Shown here one piece after another: positions 17,857 through 28,551 of a stretch of DNA of 64,000 nucleotides. Numbering within the stretch: position 1 is the first letter of the stretch; each line of letters starts with the position of its first letter. This DNA comes from Alphaproteobacteria bacterium (GTDB lineage: Bacteria; Pseudomonadota; Alphaproteobacteria; UBA2966): assembly GCA_964291395.2 (NCBI GenBank), contig OZ219856.1:448001-512000 (forward strand), in the 5' to 3' direction. A program made the position numbers and the translations under genes. The notes below the pieces were generated by a model that was not told the DNA's origin, searched no databases, and saw nothing but the letters and a program-made list of their open reading frames with translations.

Positions 17857-20193
17857 TCAGCTTCGGGCCTTCGCTTCTCCGATGAGTTCGATAAGACGCG
17901 GCGGGCTGACGGGCGCTTCTCGAATGCGCACGTCGAAAGGCGTCAGCGCGTTTTCGATCGCGGATATCACGGCCGCGACGGCGGGGATGACGCCGGCTTC
18001 CCCCACGCCCTTGACGCCCAGGGGATTGACTGTCGAGGGCGTCTCGTGATGGATGATCTCGACGTTCGGCACGACGGGAGCCGTGGGCAGGAGGTACTCC
18101 GCGAACGTCGTGGTCACGGGCTGTCCGGTGTCGTCGTAGCCCATCCACTCGAACAGCGCGTTCCCGATGCCGTGCGCGACACCGCCAATGATCTGTCCCT
18201 CGACGATCATCGGGTTGATCAGGCGGCCGGAGTCGTTGACCACGAGGTAACGGGTGATCCGGACTCCGCCGGTGCCGATATCCACATCGACCTCGACGAC
18301 ATGCACGCTGTTGCCGTAGGTGAGGCCCGTGGGCAGGAAGTTGACGGTGGCTTCCAATCCCGGAGGCATGTCCTTCGGCCGCGCGTAGCCTGCGGCGCCG
18401 GACAGAGCCCTGGCGACGTCGGCCAACGACACCGAAAGGTCCGGGACGCCTGCGACGGAAATCTCGCCGTTCGTCAGCTCGAGATCCTGATCTGAAACCT
18501 CCAGCATGTGAGCCGCCGTTTTCAGCGCCTTCTCGCGCACTTCGATGGACGCCAGATGTATGGACGAACCGGCCGTGACGGTCTGGCGGCTGCCGAACCC
18601 GCCGATGCCCATCGGAACGGTGCCGGTGTCCCCCGCGATTACTTTGATGTCCTCGGGCTCCACCCCCAGTTGATCGGCGCAGATCTGCGCGTACGAGGTC
18701 TTGATGCCTTGCCCCATCGGCATCGCACCGGTGTGGACCGTGATCCGGCCGGACGGGCCGATGCGAACGATTCCCGTCTCGAAGGGGCCGCGGCCGGTGA
18801 TCTTCGTGCAGTTTGCGACGCCCACCCCGATGTAGCGGCCTTGGTCGCGGGCCGCTGCCTGCCTCTCCGCGAACCGGTCGTAGTCCGAGCCCTTCAGCGC
18901 CTTCTCCAGGCAGCTCGGGAAATCACCGCTTTCATAGTGCGTGGTAGAGCCGTCCCGTGCCTTCAAGGGCAATTCGTAGGGAATGCTGTCGGCGGGAATG
19001 AGGTTTCGGCGGCGGATTTCGGCACGATCGACGTCGAGTTCCTCGGCGATGGCATCCATCGCCCGTTCCATGGTGAATGTGCCTTCGGGGTAACCGGCGC
19101 CTCGAACGGGAATGGTGCCGACACGGTTGGTCGCTGCGATCGTCACGTCGAGCTGGTAGTTGGGCAGCAGATACGGTCCGGGAACGGCGATGGACGCGTT
19201 GTGGGGAACGTTGAAGCCGAGCAGCGTGTAAGCGCCCTGGTCGTGAATCATGGAACCGCGTAAGCCGAGCAGGCGGCCTTCCGCGTCCGTGGCCACTTCG
19301 ACATCCCAATATTGGTCGCGTTCCTGGATGGCGGCGAGAAAATGCTCGCGACGGTCTTCGATCCATTTGACGGGGCGCTTACACAGAAGCGCGGCTCCAG
19401 CCACGACGACCTCTTCCGGATAGACGACGTGCTTGGATCCGAATCCGCCTCCGACGTCCGGCGTTATGGTGCGTACCAGAGTTTCATCGAGGCCGTAGAT
19501 GTCCACGAGCGTGTTGCGCACGCGATGCGCGCCTTGTGTCGACGACCAGACCGTCAATCCCCCGGTGGAGGAGTCGAACTGGGCGACGATCCCCCGTCCC
19601 TCGAGGGGGTGTCCGCTGCCGCGATGCTGCTTGAGCGAAAGCGCGAGAACGTGGGCGGCAGCTGCGAAGGCAGGTCGGCAGTCGCCGTATTCCGTGCGAA
19701 ACCTCGCCACGACGTTGTCCGGAGCGTCCCGGTGGACTCGGGGGGCGTCGGGCGCCAATGCGTCTCTGCAGTCCGAGACCGAAGGAAGAACTTCGTACGT
19801 CACATCGATCAGAGCAACCGCATCCTCCGCGACATAGCGAGAGTCCGCGAGCACGATCGCCACGATTTCGCCGACGTAGCAGACTTCTTCCTCCGCCAAT
19901 ACGATGGCCTTCGTGGACTCGGCGAATTTCAGCGTCGGGTTGTCCGGCGGGATCAGATTCTTGGTCAGAAGTGGCGCAAGGTCCGCATAACTGAACACGG
20001 CATGGACGCCGCGCAGGTTTCGGGCTGCGGTCGAATCGACGGAGCGTATCAGCGCGTGCGGATGCGGACTCCGCACGAAGGCGGCCTCCACCGTCCCGGG
20101 CAACTCGATATCGTCCGCGAACCGGGCCGTGCCGGTGAGCAGGGCCGCGTCCTCGAGGCGACGTGTGGGCGAGCCGATGAAATCCCCTGTCAC
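17857..20193 (-). CDS. Xanthine dehydrogenase family Mo-binding large subunit (CoxL-like)
   Basis: GGGFGSK, RGAG, GQG, GSR, EGQIIGG and KGVGE motifs. Confidence 0.93.
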   Translation of the reverse strand: MTGDFIGSPTRRLEDAALLTGTARFADDIELPGTVEAAFVRSPHPHALIRSVDSTAARNLRGVHAVFSYADLAPLLTKNLIPPDNPTLKFAESTKAIVLAEEEVCYVGEIVAIVLADSRYVAEDAVALIDVTYEVLPSVSDCRDALAPDAPRVHRDAPDNVVARFRTEYGDCRPAFAAAAHVLALSLKQHRGSGHPLEGRGIVAQFDSSTGGLTVWSSTQGAHRVRNTLVDIYGLDETLVRTITPDVGGGFGSKHVVYPEEVVVAGAALLCKRPVKWIEDRREHFLAAIQERDQYWDVEVATDAEGRLLGLRGSMIHDQGAYTLLGFNVPHNASIAVPGPYLLPNYQLDVTIAATNRVGTIPVRGAGYPEGTFTMERAMDAIAEELDVDRAEIRRRNLIPADSIPYELPLKARDGSTTHYESGDFPSCLEKALKGSDYDRFAERQAAARDQGRYIGVGVANCTKITGRGPFETGIVRIGPSGRITVHTGAMPMGQGIKTSYAQICADQLGVEPEDIKVIAGDTGTVPMGIGGFGSRQTVTAGSSIHLASIEVREKALKTAAHMLEVSDQDLELTNGEISVAGVPDLSVSLADVARALSGAAGYARPKDMPPGLEATVNFLPTGLTYGNSVHVVEVDVDIGTGGVRITRYLVVNDSGRLINPMIVEGQIIGGVAHGIGNALFEWMGYDDTGQPVTTTFAEYLLPTAPVVPNVEIIHHETPSTVNPLGVKGVGEAGVIPAVAAVISAIENALTPFDVRIREAPVSPPRLIELIGEAKARS

Positions 20194-20708
20194 GGCGAGA
20201 TGGCCCCATTTCGGGCGCGGAGTCGGCCCGCCGCGTCGAGCACCGCCCTCACGATCCCTTGATAGCCCGTGCAGCGGCAGATGTTGCCCGAAAGCGCCTC
20301 GCGAACCTCATCCTCGGCGGGGTCCGGATTCTCTCCCAGGAACTCGACCATCGAGGTGAGAATACCCGCGGTGCAGAAACCGCACTGCAGCGCATGGTGT
20401 TCATGAAAAGCCTGCTGCAGGGGATGCCATTCCCCGTCGCGGGAGGCGATTCCCTCGACGGTCGTGATCTCGGCGTCATTCGCCTGCACGGCGAGCATCA
20501 GGCAACTACGCGCGCTGCGACCATCGACCAGCACCGTGCAGGCGCCGCAGACGCCGTGTTCGCATCCGAGATGAGTGCCGGTCTTTCCGAGCTTGTGCCG
20601 CAGGCAATCCGCGAGGGTCATCCGCGTTTCGACGTCGATCTCGCGGCGTTCGCCGTTCACCACCAGGACGACGGACCTCGTCTCCGGAAGTTCGTGGCTG
20701 TCAGTCAT
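20190..20708 (-). CDS. (2Fe-2S)-binding small subunit (CoxS-like)
   Basis: GCEHGVCGACT, QCGFCT, CRCTGY. Confidence 0.93.
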   Translation of the reverse strand: MTDSHELPETRSVVLVVNGERREIDVETRMTLADCLRHKLGKTGTHLGCEHGVCGACTVLVDGRSARSCLMLAVQANDAEITTVEGIASRDGEWHPLQQAFHEHHALQCGFCTAGILTSMVEFLGENPDPAEDEVREALSGNICRCTGYQGIVRAVLDAAGRLRARNGAISP

Positions 20709-21580
20709 GCCGACGAGCCTGCCCCGGGCTCTGCCAGGGCCGAGCGGAGAGCGCGCGACGTCAACTCCACCGCCAGGTGCCGTCGGTACGAAGGCGACGC
20801 GTGGACGTCTTCCATCGCCTCGAGGTCCGCGCATGTCAGGGCCGCCGAGCGGATGCCGTCGGGATCAGGCGCGCGGCCGGTCAGCTGTTCTTCCGCGGCC
20901 GTACAGCGCACCGGTGCCGGGCCGACGCCTGCCAGCACGATGCCCGCACGGCTGAGGGTTCCGTCGGTTCCGAACTCCAACAGGGCCGCTACGCCGACGA
21001 TCGCGAAATCGCCGGGACGGCGGGCAAACTCGACGAACGCCGACTTGTGTCCGGCGGGCCAGGGGGTGAAGCTCACGGCGCTGACGATTTCGTCGTGTCC
21101 GATGGCCGGTGTCATGTAGAACGCGGGGAAGCCGGTCATCGGGATGTCGCGCGCGCCTTCGGGACCGACTACGTGAACGGTCGCATCGAGGGCGGCGAGG
21201 ACGGCGGGCAGTTCGGCCGCGGGGTCGAGGTGGCAGAGGCTGCCGCCGATGGTGCCACGGTTTCGGGTTTGCGGGTGTCCGACCTGCAGCAGGGCCTTCC
21301 GCATCAAGGGGCAATGCCGGTGGAGGAGGTCGGAGCGCTCGATGTCCCGTTGGCGCGTCATGGCGCCGATCACCAGCCGGCCGCCGGCTTCGCCGATATG
21401 CGACAAGTCCGGTATCCGGTTGAGATCGATGACGTGGTCGGGCAGCACGTAGCGCATGTTCAGCATGGGCATCAGGGATTGCCCGCCCGCCAGGAACTTT
21501 GCGTTGTCGAGCGAGGCGCCAAGGGCGACCGCCTCCTCGAGGGTACCGGGGTCGTGATAGCGAAAGGGCGGCGGTTTCAC
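20705..21580 (-). CDS. FAD-binding medium subunit (CoxM-like)
   Basis: GTG start KPPPFRY; AGGQSLMP, RNRGTIGGS, RRPGDFA. Confidence 0.92.
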   Translation of the reverse strand: MKPPPFRYHDPGTLEEAVALGASLDNAKFLAGGQSLMPMLNMRYVLPDHVIDLNRIPDLSHIGEAGGRLVIGAMTRQRDIERSDLLHRHCPLMRKALLQVGHPQTRNRGTIGGSLCHLDPAAELPAVLAALDATVHVVGPEGARDIPMTGFPAFYMTPAIGHDEIVSAVSFTPWPAGHKSAFVEFARRPGDFAIVGVAALLEFGTDGTLSRAGIVLAGVGPAPVRCTAAEEQLTGRAPDPDGIRSAALTCADLEAMEDVHASPSYRRHLAVELTSRALRSALAEPGAGSSA

Positions 21581-23142
21581 GGCCCGGGGCGGTCCCACGG
21601 GTCCAGCCGCGCGGCGTGGCGCGCCGCCGTCCAGCCGCCGACGAAACATTCGGCCATGTTGCCGCCGCCGAGGTACAGGTGTCCGAACACGCCGCCGAGT
21701 TCCCCGGCCGCGTAGAGGCGCGGAATGGGCTCGTCGAACGCGTTCAGGACTTGTTGATGCACGTTGTGCACCGGTCCGCCGTGCGTGTTGGAGCAGACCG
21801 GCCAGACTTCCGCGCAATAGAACGGGGGCGTCTCGATCTTCATCATCGAGGGCGGCGGCCGGCCGAAATCGTCGTCGTGCCCGACATCGCACATCGCGTT
21901 CCAGCGCTCGATCGTTTCGCTCAGGACCCGCTCCTCGAGGCCCATGTGCGACGCCAGCTCCGACAGGCTGTCCGCCTTGGTGACGATACGATCTTCCAGC
22001 GCGCGCAAGGAGTCTTCGCTGTACTCGAACGAGAAACGCCGATCGTTGAACGTCGGCGAGCACAGGGGCCACGTCCGGCGGGCGGGATCGTCCAGGACGG
22101 CATAGGAGGGTATGCGCGGATAGCTCTGCGTGTGCGTGTCGTACAGGGACATGGGCCGTGCCGAGGTGTCCTGCATGTAGGGCGGATACTCGTTCATGTA
22201 TCGGCGCCCCTGCCGATCGACGACGATCCACGGCATTTTCACATCGTTGCGGGGCGGCTTTCCCGGAACCCAATCAGGCAGACGCTTGGGCCTGAGGCCA
22301 TAGGGATAGTCCGGATCCGGATGCCGGAATCCATAAACTCCGTGGTAGTTCCACATGTGCCACAACGCCGCGCCGGCGTCCTGGGCCATGCGGATGCCAT
22401 CGCCCGTGCTGCCGCGGAAGGCCGCCAACAACACCGGTTGTTCCGGCCAGTGCTGCAACTGCAGGTCGGGGTCGGCTTCGAATCCGCCACAGGCGAGGAC
22501 GACCCCCTTCCGGGCCTTGATGTCCTTGGCGCCATCTCTCGTATCCACGGTCAGACCGCGGACTTCGCCCGTCGGACCCGTGATCAGGCGCTTGGCCGCC
22601 GACTCCAGCCAGACCGTCACGTCCCGCTGCGCAATGTTGTCCTCCAGGACCTTGAACAGACGGGCGCCGGCGGCGCGGTGAATCGGAACGTAGCTGTTGA
22701 CGTGCGGGTATCGGGCCGCGGCGTCATAGTCGGGGACGCTGGCGATGCTGGCGTAGCCGAAGGTCTCGGCGCCCGGAAACGGATAGTTGCCCGGATTGGC
22801 GCGATACCCAACCTCGGCGCCGCTGGCCTCGGCAAGCCATTCGAAATAGCCGACGACTTCCGTCATGCCGACGGCCAGGGCCTTCAGGACATCGTCGGGC
22901 GTCGTGCCGGCGCAGGTTTCCTTGAGATACGCGAACGCCTCATCGGCATTCTCCGCGGCACGCACGTTGCCGCCCGAGCAAATCGAAATGCCCCCGGGGT
23001 CCGACATCTTTTCCAGAAGAAGAACCGAGCAGCCGGCTTCGCTCGCCTCAATGGCCGCAACACCGCCAGCGTACCCGTAGCCAACAACAACTATGTCAAA
23101 ACACCCGTCCCAGGACCGGGTGCCTGCCTGGTCACCTGCCAC
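21577..23142 (-). CDS. FAD-dependent oxidoreductase (fumarate reductase/KstD/TcuA flavoprotein family)
   Basis: VVVGYGYAG, SGG, LACGGF, TGDG, THGGP, LYAAGE. Confidence 0.88.
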   Translation of the reverse strand: MAGDQAGTRSWDGCFDIVVVGYGYAGGVAAIEASEAGCSVLLLEKMSDPGGISICSGGNVRAAENADEAFAYLKETCAGTTPDDVLKALAVGMTEVVGYFEWLAEASGAEVGYRANPGNYPFPGAETFGYASIASVPDYDAAARYPHVNSYVPIHRAAGARLFKVLEDNIAQRDVTVWLESAAKRLITGPTGEVRGLTVDTRDGAKDIKARKGVVLACGGFEADPDLQLQHWPEQPVLLAAFRGSTGDGIRMAQDAGAALWHMWNYHGVYGFRHPDPDYPYGLRPKRLPDWVPGKPPRNDVKMPWIVVDRQGRRYMNEYPPYMQDTSARPMSLYDTHTQSYPRIPSYAVLDDPARRTWPLCSPTFNDRRFSFEYSEDSLRALEDRIVTKADSLSELASHMGLEERVLSETIERWNAMCDVGHDDDFGRPPPSMMKIETPPFYCAEVWPVCSNTHGGPVHNVHQQVLNAFDEPIPRLYAAGELGGVFGHLYLGGGNMAECFVGGWTAARHAARLDPWDRPGP

Positions 23143-23411
23143 GTTTTCTCTCGGTTTCCTTGGCGAGGGATCGATCCCGCCCAAATCTGTCGTGCTTCCT
23201 TTTCGCCAATAAAGGGGCTGCCCGGGGCATTGTCAAGCTATCGGGGGGAGCCCTGTCGCCAGCACATGATTTGTCCGGTCAGGTGTCTCGGTGAGGAGGC
23301 AGCGGGATGAACCGCAGGGAGCGGTGGACGCGACCGGCGCTTTATTTTCTCTGCACCGATAGTAAGATTGTCCGCCACATCGTCCAGCGCTGCCGCCGGA
23401 TTCGCAGGGCC

Positions 23412-24269
23412 ATGCCGAAGTATCAAAAATTGGAAGTGACACCCTGTTCGGGCGCGTTGGGCGCAGAAATATCCGGCGTCGACCTGTCGTGTGAACTTTC
23501 CGATGACACCTTCGAAGAGATCCGTCGCGCGTTCCTCGAATATCAGGTGATCTTCTTCCGCGGTCAGAACCTGACGCCCGGACAGCACAAGGCTTTCAGC
23601 GCACGCTTCGGCCCACTGATCGCGCATCCATATCTGGAAGGCGTCAAGGGGCATCCTGAAATCATGCTCGTCAAGAAGGAGAAGCACGAGCTCCACAACT
23701 TCGCCAACGCCTGGCACACGGACTCGAGCTACCACGCCACTCCGTCCCTCGGCTCGGTGCTCTATGCGATAGACGTGCCGGAAACGGGTGGCGATACCCT
23801 GTTCACCAACATGTACCTCGCCTACGAGACATTGTCGGAGGGGATGCGGAGGCTTCTCGAATCGTTGAGCGCACGGCACAGCTTCCATGGAAGCCAAGGA
23901 CTTAGAGGGTACGGCCGCGAGCAGGATCTCAAGTACGCGCCGAGCAATCTGGAAGACGATCCTTCGATTCATGAAGCCGTGACCCACCCGGTGGTGCGCA
24001 CGCACCCGGAAACCGGCCGGAAGGCGCTTTACGTCAACGGCATGTTCACGATCGGTTTCGAGGGCCTGACCGAGGAAGAAAGCGCGCCCCTGCTGCAGTT
24101 TCTCTACCGTCACGCGACCACGCCCGAGTTCACCTGCCGCTTTCGGTGGCAGCAGGGATCCCTCGCCTTTTGGGACAACCGGTGCACCATGCACTATCCC
24201 GTGAATGACTATCCCGGGAAGTTCCGGCTGATGCACCGCACCACCATCCGCGGCGAGCGGCCCCGTTGA
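23412..24269 (+). CDS. TauD/TfdA family Fe/2-oxoglutarate dioxygenase
   Basis: WHTD, GGDT, HPVVRTHPETGRK, WDNRCTMH, MHRTT. Confidence 0.93.
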   Translation: MPKYQKLEVTPCSGALGAEISGVDLSCELSDDTFEEIRRAFLEYQVIFFRGQNLTPGQHKAFSARFGPLIAHPYLEGVKGHPEIMLVKKEKHELHNFANAWHTDSSYHATPSLGSVLYAIDVPETGGDTLFTNMYLAYETLSEGMRRLLESLSARHSFHGSQGLRGYGREQDLKYAPSNLEDDPSIHEAVTHPVVRTHPETGRKALYVNGMFTIGFEGLTEEESAPLLQFLYRHATTPEFTCRFRWQQGSLAFWDNRCTMHYPVNDYPGKFRLMHRTTIRGERPR

Positions 24270-24513
24270 GGGGCTTTCACGGTCTCCCGAGCGCCGACGC
24301 ATGCTCGCGGTCCGCTGCATGGGTCGCGGTTTGCAATCGGGTCAACCCGGAGGATAAGCTGACGACGAGTCGCGGGCGCACCACTCCACATACCAGAACA
24401 CGAAGGTGCCCAGCCGATCGCCGCGATTTGGTGCATCGGTTTTTTTACCGGTACGCGTAAGGACACGAACTCGTCCGAGACTGAGCAACATCAATCGACG
24501 GGAGGGAGAAGCG

Positions 24514-25509
24514 ATGGGAATCCCGAGCCAAAAAAGAAGCACAGCCGAATGGCTGCGAGCGGCGCTGGTGGGCGTCATGGCCTTTGCGGTGGGAAGCTGG
24601 GCCACGGGCGCGACCGCCCAGGAGAAACTTACGATCTTGTCCGGCTACGACATCCAGTTCATGCATGGCTATATCGCCGACAAGGAGGGCCTGTTCAAGG
24701 AGGAAGGCCTGGACGTCACCGTGAAATACTCGGTATCGGGCAAGGTCGCGGTGGATGGAGTCGTCGCCGGCGCCGGGGTGTTGGGAATCAGCGGGTCGCT
24801 GGTATCGGTGACCGCGGCGACGCAGGCACCGATCTACGTGGTCGCCCCTCTCGCGCGAAGCGAGCATCTGATGGAGATGGTGGCCCTTTCGGGAATCGAT
24901 GAAGCGGCCGACCTCAAAGGAAAGCGCATCGCATTTCAGTTCGGCACCGAGGGGCACAAATTCGTGCTTCTCTATCTGCAGAAGAACGGACTGTCGGTCG
25001 ACGACGTGACTCTCATGAACATTCCGGCCCAGGCCCTGCCGCCGGCTTTGTCCCGCGGCGATGTGGATGTGGTCGCCGTCTGGCCGCCGCACTCCACCAA
25101 GGCTTTGGAGGCGACGGACGGCGCCAAGGTCCTGACGACGTCCCATGGCGTATCGGCGGTATACGGCGTGGTGATCATGCGCAAGGATTTCGTCGAGTCC
25201 AATCCCGAAGGCGCCCGCAAGCTGTTGCGCGGCCTGTTGCGGGCGGACAAGTTCATCAAGGAGAATCCGGAACGCACCCTCGAGTATTTCGCCGAGCAGG
25301 GCAAGATCGACATGGCGACGGCCAAGACGATCAACGCCAGAGCGAAACCGGAATACGGAATGGCGCTGGACAAGGCGTTCTTCGACGAAAATCAGGCGAG
25401 TGCCGACTTTCTGGCCGATCACGGGTTCACCCCGAGTCGAGCGGATGCCAACGACTTCATGCACGAAGAGCTCATGCGAGACATAGACCCGGAACTCGTG
25501 ACGTTCTAA
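24514..25509 (+). CDS. ABC substrate-binding protein, SsuA/TauA/NMT1 class
   Basis: Signal peptide, GLFKEEGLDV, DLKGKRIA, GDVD...WPP. Confidence 0.88.
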   Translation: MGIPSQKRSTAEWLRAALVGVMAFAVGSWATGATAQEKLTILSGYDIQFMHGYIADKEGLFKEEGLDVTVKYSVSGKVAVDGVVAGAGVLGISGSLVSVTAATQAPIYVVAPLARSEHLMEMVALSGIDEAADLKGKRIAFQFGTEGHKFVLLYLQKNGLSVDDVTLMNIPAQALPPALSRGDVDVVAVWPPHSTKALEATDGAKVLTTSHGVSAVYGVVIMRKDFVESNPEGARKLLRGLLRADKFIKENPERTLEYFAEQGKIDMATAKTINARAKPEYGMALDKAFFDENQASADFLADHGFTPSRADANDFMHEELMRDIDPELVTF

Positions 25510-25739
25510 GTCCACTGATCGTGTGGGAGCTCGAGCGGCGGCGCAACAACAGGGCGGCGTCCCTCGGGCGCTGCGAGGAGTCTGGAACGGGGAGCGGTGC
25601 GCCGCTCCTCGTTCTCTCGATTTTTCGCCGACAATATCTTCATCTTCGGCAATGCGAACCCACGCGGCGACACCGGGAACGAACCGCGTGTCGCAAAGGA
25701 TCCGAATCGAGAACTCGGTTTCGATAGGTCGTTTGAACA

Positions 25740-26465
25740 GTGTCTGACCTGATTCGCCTGGAAAGCGTAAGCCACTACTACGGCAATCAATGCACGCTTC
25801 GGGAAATTGATTTCAGCGTCGCCGACGGGGAGTTCGTCTGTATCCTCGGACCGAGCGGCTGCGGGAAATCCACCCTGTTGAATATCCTGGCGGGTTTCCT
25901 CGCCCCGAGCAGCGGACAGATCGTCCTCTCGGCCAGAGAGGACGGCGTCGTGGGCCACGACATCAAGGTGGTCATGCAGAATGCTCACCTGTTTCCCTGG
26001 CTGACCGTGCACCGGAACGTGGACTTCGGCATGCGCATGCGCGGCGACGCGAGGGAAACGCGGGATGCCCGCGTCAAGGAACTTCTGCACCTGGTAGGTC
26101 TTTCCGGAGTCGAGAGCAAGTATCCGGCGCAACTCTCAGGCGGCATGCAGCAGCGGGTGGCCATCGCCCGCGCCCTGGCACCGGATCCGAGCATTCTGCT
26201 CATGGACGAGCCCTTCGGCGCCCTGGACGCGCAACTGCGGCGACGCATGCAGGCCGAGCTGGTCCAGATCCGGGCCGTCACCGGCAAGACCATCATCTTC
26301 GTGACCCACGATATCGTCGAGAGCGTGCTGCTCGCCGATCGAATCGTCGTGCTCACCACCGCCCCTGGCCAGATCAAGAAAATCGTGTCCGTCGATCTCG
26401 AGCACCCGCGCGAGCGCAATCGCGCGGTCTACGACTGGGTATTCGAATTGGAGCAATTGCTATGA
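25740..26465 (+). CDS. ABC ATP-binding protein, SsuB/TauB-like
   Basis: GPSGCGKST, LSGGMQQR, DEPFGALD. Confidence 0.93.
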   Translation: MSDLIRLESVSHYYGNQCTLREIDFSVADGEFVCILGPSGCGKSTLLNILAGFLAPSSGQIVLSAREDGVVGHDIKVVMQNAHLFPWLTVHRNVDFGMRMRGDARETRDARVKELLHLVGLSGVESKYPAQLSGGMQQRVAIARALAPDPSILLMDEPFGALDAQLRRRMQAELVQIRAVTGKTIIFVTHDIVESVLLADRIVVLTTAPGQIKKIVSVDLEHPRERNRAVYDWVFELEQLL

Positions 26466-27328
26466 GTCCTGCAACACCTGCCGACACGGGCCGTGAGTCG
26501 GAATACGTCTTGCTGGCCTCCGGGGAGGACGAATCGGCTCCGGGAAAGAAGACGGAAAGCCGTCTCGCCCACTACCTGTACGGCACGTCCACCATTCTCC
26601 TGTTCATTGCCGTGTGGTATGCGGCAGCCGAGCTGGACATGATCAACCGCACCCTGCTGCCGTCGCCGGGAGAGGTGTGGAGTGCCTTCATCAGCATGAG
26701 CGTGTCCGGTGAGCTCACCGAACACGTAGCCATCAGCATGTATCGAATCGGCTCGGGCTTCGCGTTGGGGATGGTGACCGCGATTCCGCTGGGGCTGATG
26801 ATCGCGAGGATCCGATTGGTAAGGGCGTTCCTGGAACCGATACTGGAGCTGATTCGCCCGATTCCGGCGCTCGCCTTCCTGCCCTTGGCGATTCTGTGGT
26901 TCGGGGTGGGCGAGGCGAACAAGCTCTTCATCATGTGGTTCGGCACCTTCTTCGTCATCATCGTGAGCGTCATCGAGGGCGTGTACAACTTCGACGCGGT
27001 CTACTTGAGAGTCGCGAAGAATCTCAATGCCAACCAGATGCAGATGTTCGTGCACGTGCTTCTTCCCGGTGTCGTGCCGTTCGTTCTGGAGGGGATGCGC
27101 CAGGCGGTCGCGACCGCGTTCCGAATCATCGTGTCGGCGGAGATGATCGCGGCCCAGGCGGGAATCGGGTTCCTGATCCTGAACTCGGCGCTTTTCTACC
27201 AGACCAATCGCGTGATCGTGGGCATCATCGTGCTCGGCTTTCTCGGGATGACTCTCGACAGGTTGTTGATCTACATCACTCGAAATGTGTTTCTTCGGTA
27301 CAAGCGGACCGACGAGATCACGATTTGA
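26462..27328 (+). CDS. ABC permease, SsuC/TauC-like
   Basis: LPSP, RPIP.LA..PL..LWFG.GE, AEMI motifs. Confidence 0.92.
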   Translation: MSPATPADTGRESEYVLLASGEDESAPGKKTESRLAHYLYGTSTILLFIAVWYAAAELDMINRTLLPSPGEVWSAFISMSVSGELTEHVAISMYRIGSGFALGMVTAIPLGLMIARIRLVRAFLEPILELIRPIPALAFLPLAILWFGVGEANKLFIMWFGTFFVIIVSVIEGVYNFDAVYLRVAKNLNANQMQMFVHVLLPGVVPFVLEGMRQAVATAFRIIVSAEMIAAQAGIGFLILNSALFYQTNRVIVGIIVLGFLGMTLDRLLIYITRNVFLRYKRTDEITI

Positions 27329-27505
27329 GCGCACGAGCGTTCGCCTTGGCTCGAGGAACCGTCGGTTGATTGCCGTCCCATGAGCGGCGCGGGCGCATGG
27401 AGCCCTCCATGGGGCGCGCCGACGCCGCGACCAGGCGGCCTGCCCCATCATTTCTTTGCAGTTCTTCGGTGAGTCCACGTTGGGACCCACGGCGGCCTCG
27501 CAGCG

Positions 27506-28261
27506 TCAGGTATGAGGCCGCCCGTTGGCGAGCAGATCTATGTCAAGCTTGATGCAATCGCCCCGATAAACAATCTCACCGATGTAGATCGCCGTGCCCT
27601 GGTCATCCACGACCACGCAGTGCGCCTCGGCGGTCGGCGAGCTGAGCGCGATATTCAGGTGGCTGGCCGCCACGGTATCGGCGCCGCCAATGACCAGCGT
27701 CTGATGGGCCCGTGCGATGGTGATGCCCTCGAGTCTGGACAACACCGACAACGCCGCTTGCACCTGAAATGCCTGGGGCGCCAAATCATAGACATGCCTG
27801 GCCAGGTGCACTCCGACCAGGGCGTACGGTTCGTCGTCGCGTGACTGGATGCTCCGGATATACTCGTAGTCCGCGGCAGGTTCACCTTCGCCGGCGGCCA
27901 GGCGGGGGCAGGGCGTCGGTATCTCTGCCGGGATCATGCGTGGGACGTTGTCCTCTATGGTCGCGACGAGCGAGGCCCAGTCGGTCTTCAGTCTGAGCCA
28001 ACGCCTGTCCGTGATCTCCTGCGAGACGAAAGTCCCCTTGCCTTGTTGGCGCCGGACCAACCCTTCTTTCTGAAGCACATCCAGAGCCTGTCTGACGGTG
28101 ACCCTGGCTACCTGAAACTCGGCCTGGAGCTGCTCGAGGGTCGAGATCTTCTGGCCCCGCGACCAATGCGCTTCTTCTATGCGCCTGCGCAGAGTTGCCG
28201 CGACCTGGAGATAGAGCGGTATGCGGCTACGCTGGTAGGTCTTGGCGAGTTGCACGACCAT
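27506..28261 (-). CDS. GntR family (HutC/UTRA) transcriptional regulator
   Basis: PLYLQVA..VARVTVRQAL..L..EGL..QGKGTFV plus UTRA-length C-terminal domain. Confidence 0.9.
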   Translation of the reverse strand: MVVQLAKTYQRSRIPLYLQVAATLRRRIEEAHWSRGQKISTLEQLQAEFQVARVTVRQALDVLQKEGLVRRQQGKGTFVSQEITDRRWLRLKTDWASLVATIEDNVPRMIPAEIPTPCPRLAAGEGEPAADYEYIRSIQSRDDEPYALVGVHLARHVYDLAPQAFQVQAALSVLSRLEGITIARAHQTLVIGGADTVAASHLNIALSSPTAEAHCVVVDDQGTAIYIGEIVYRGDCIKLDIDLLANGRPHT

Positions 28262-28551
28262 GGGAATGTTCCGTACGTGCTACCAATCTACCCGATAAGA
28301 GCACACTCGACCGTTCTTGCCTATCATGCCGCCGACGCGGGTATTCGCCCCCGGGTGGCGTGGGGCTGTCCGATGGCCGCCGACCGCAGGGCACGAGTAT
28401 TTCCATAAGTTAGATTATTGTATGGTCTTTCCAAACTTAATACCATTGCAATTCACCAGCGGCATCTCGACCGTCGGCTGGACATTCGCCCGTTCAGACG
28501 CCAAACGGCTTTCGGAAGACCGCATTTCGAGCGAGATCAGCGGGGCATGAA

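Noticed and set aside
17770-17860. Possible GNAT acetyltransferase remnant (LAELERDAVREGCRQL)
   Set aside because: Too short and would need a frameshift; cannot be supported without a search
17857-21580. Bona fide aerobic CO dehydrogenase
   Set aside because: No AYxCSFR motif and no coxDEFG accessory genes
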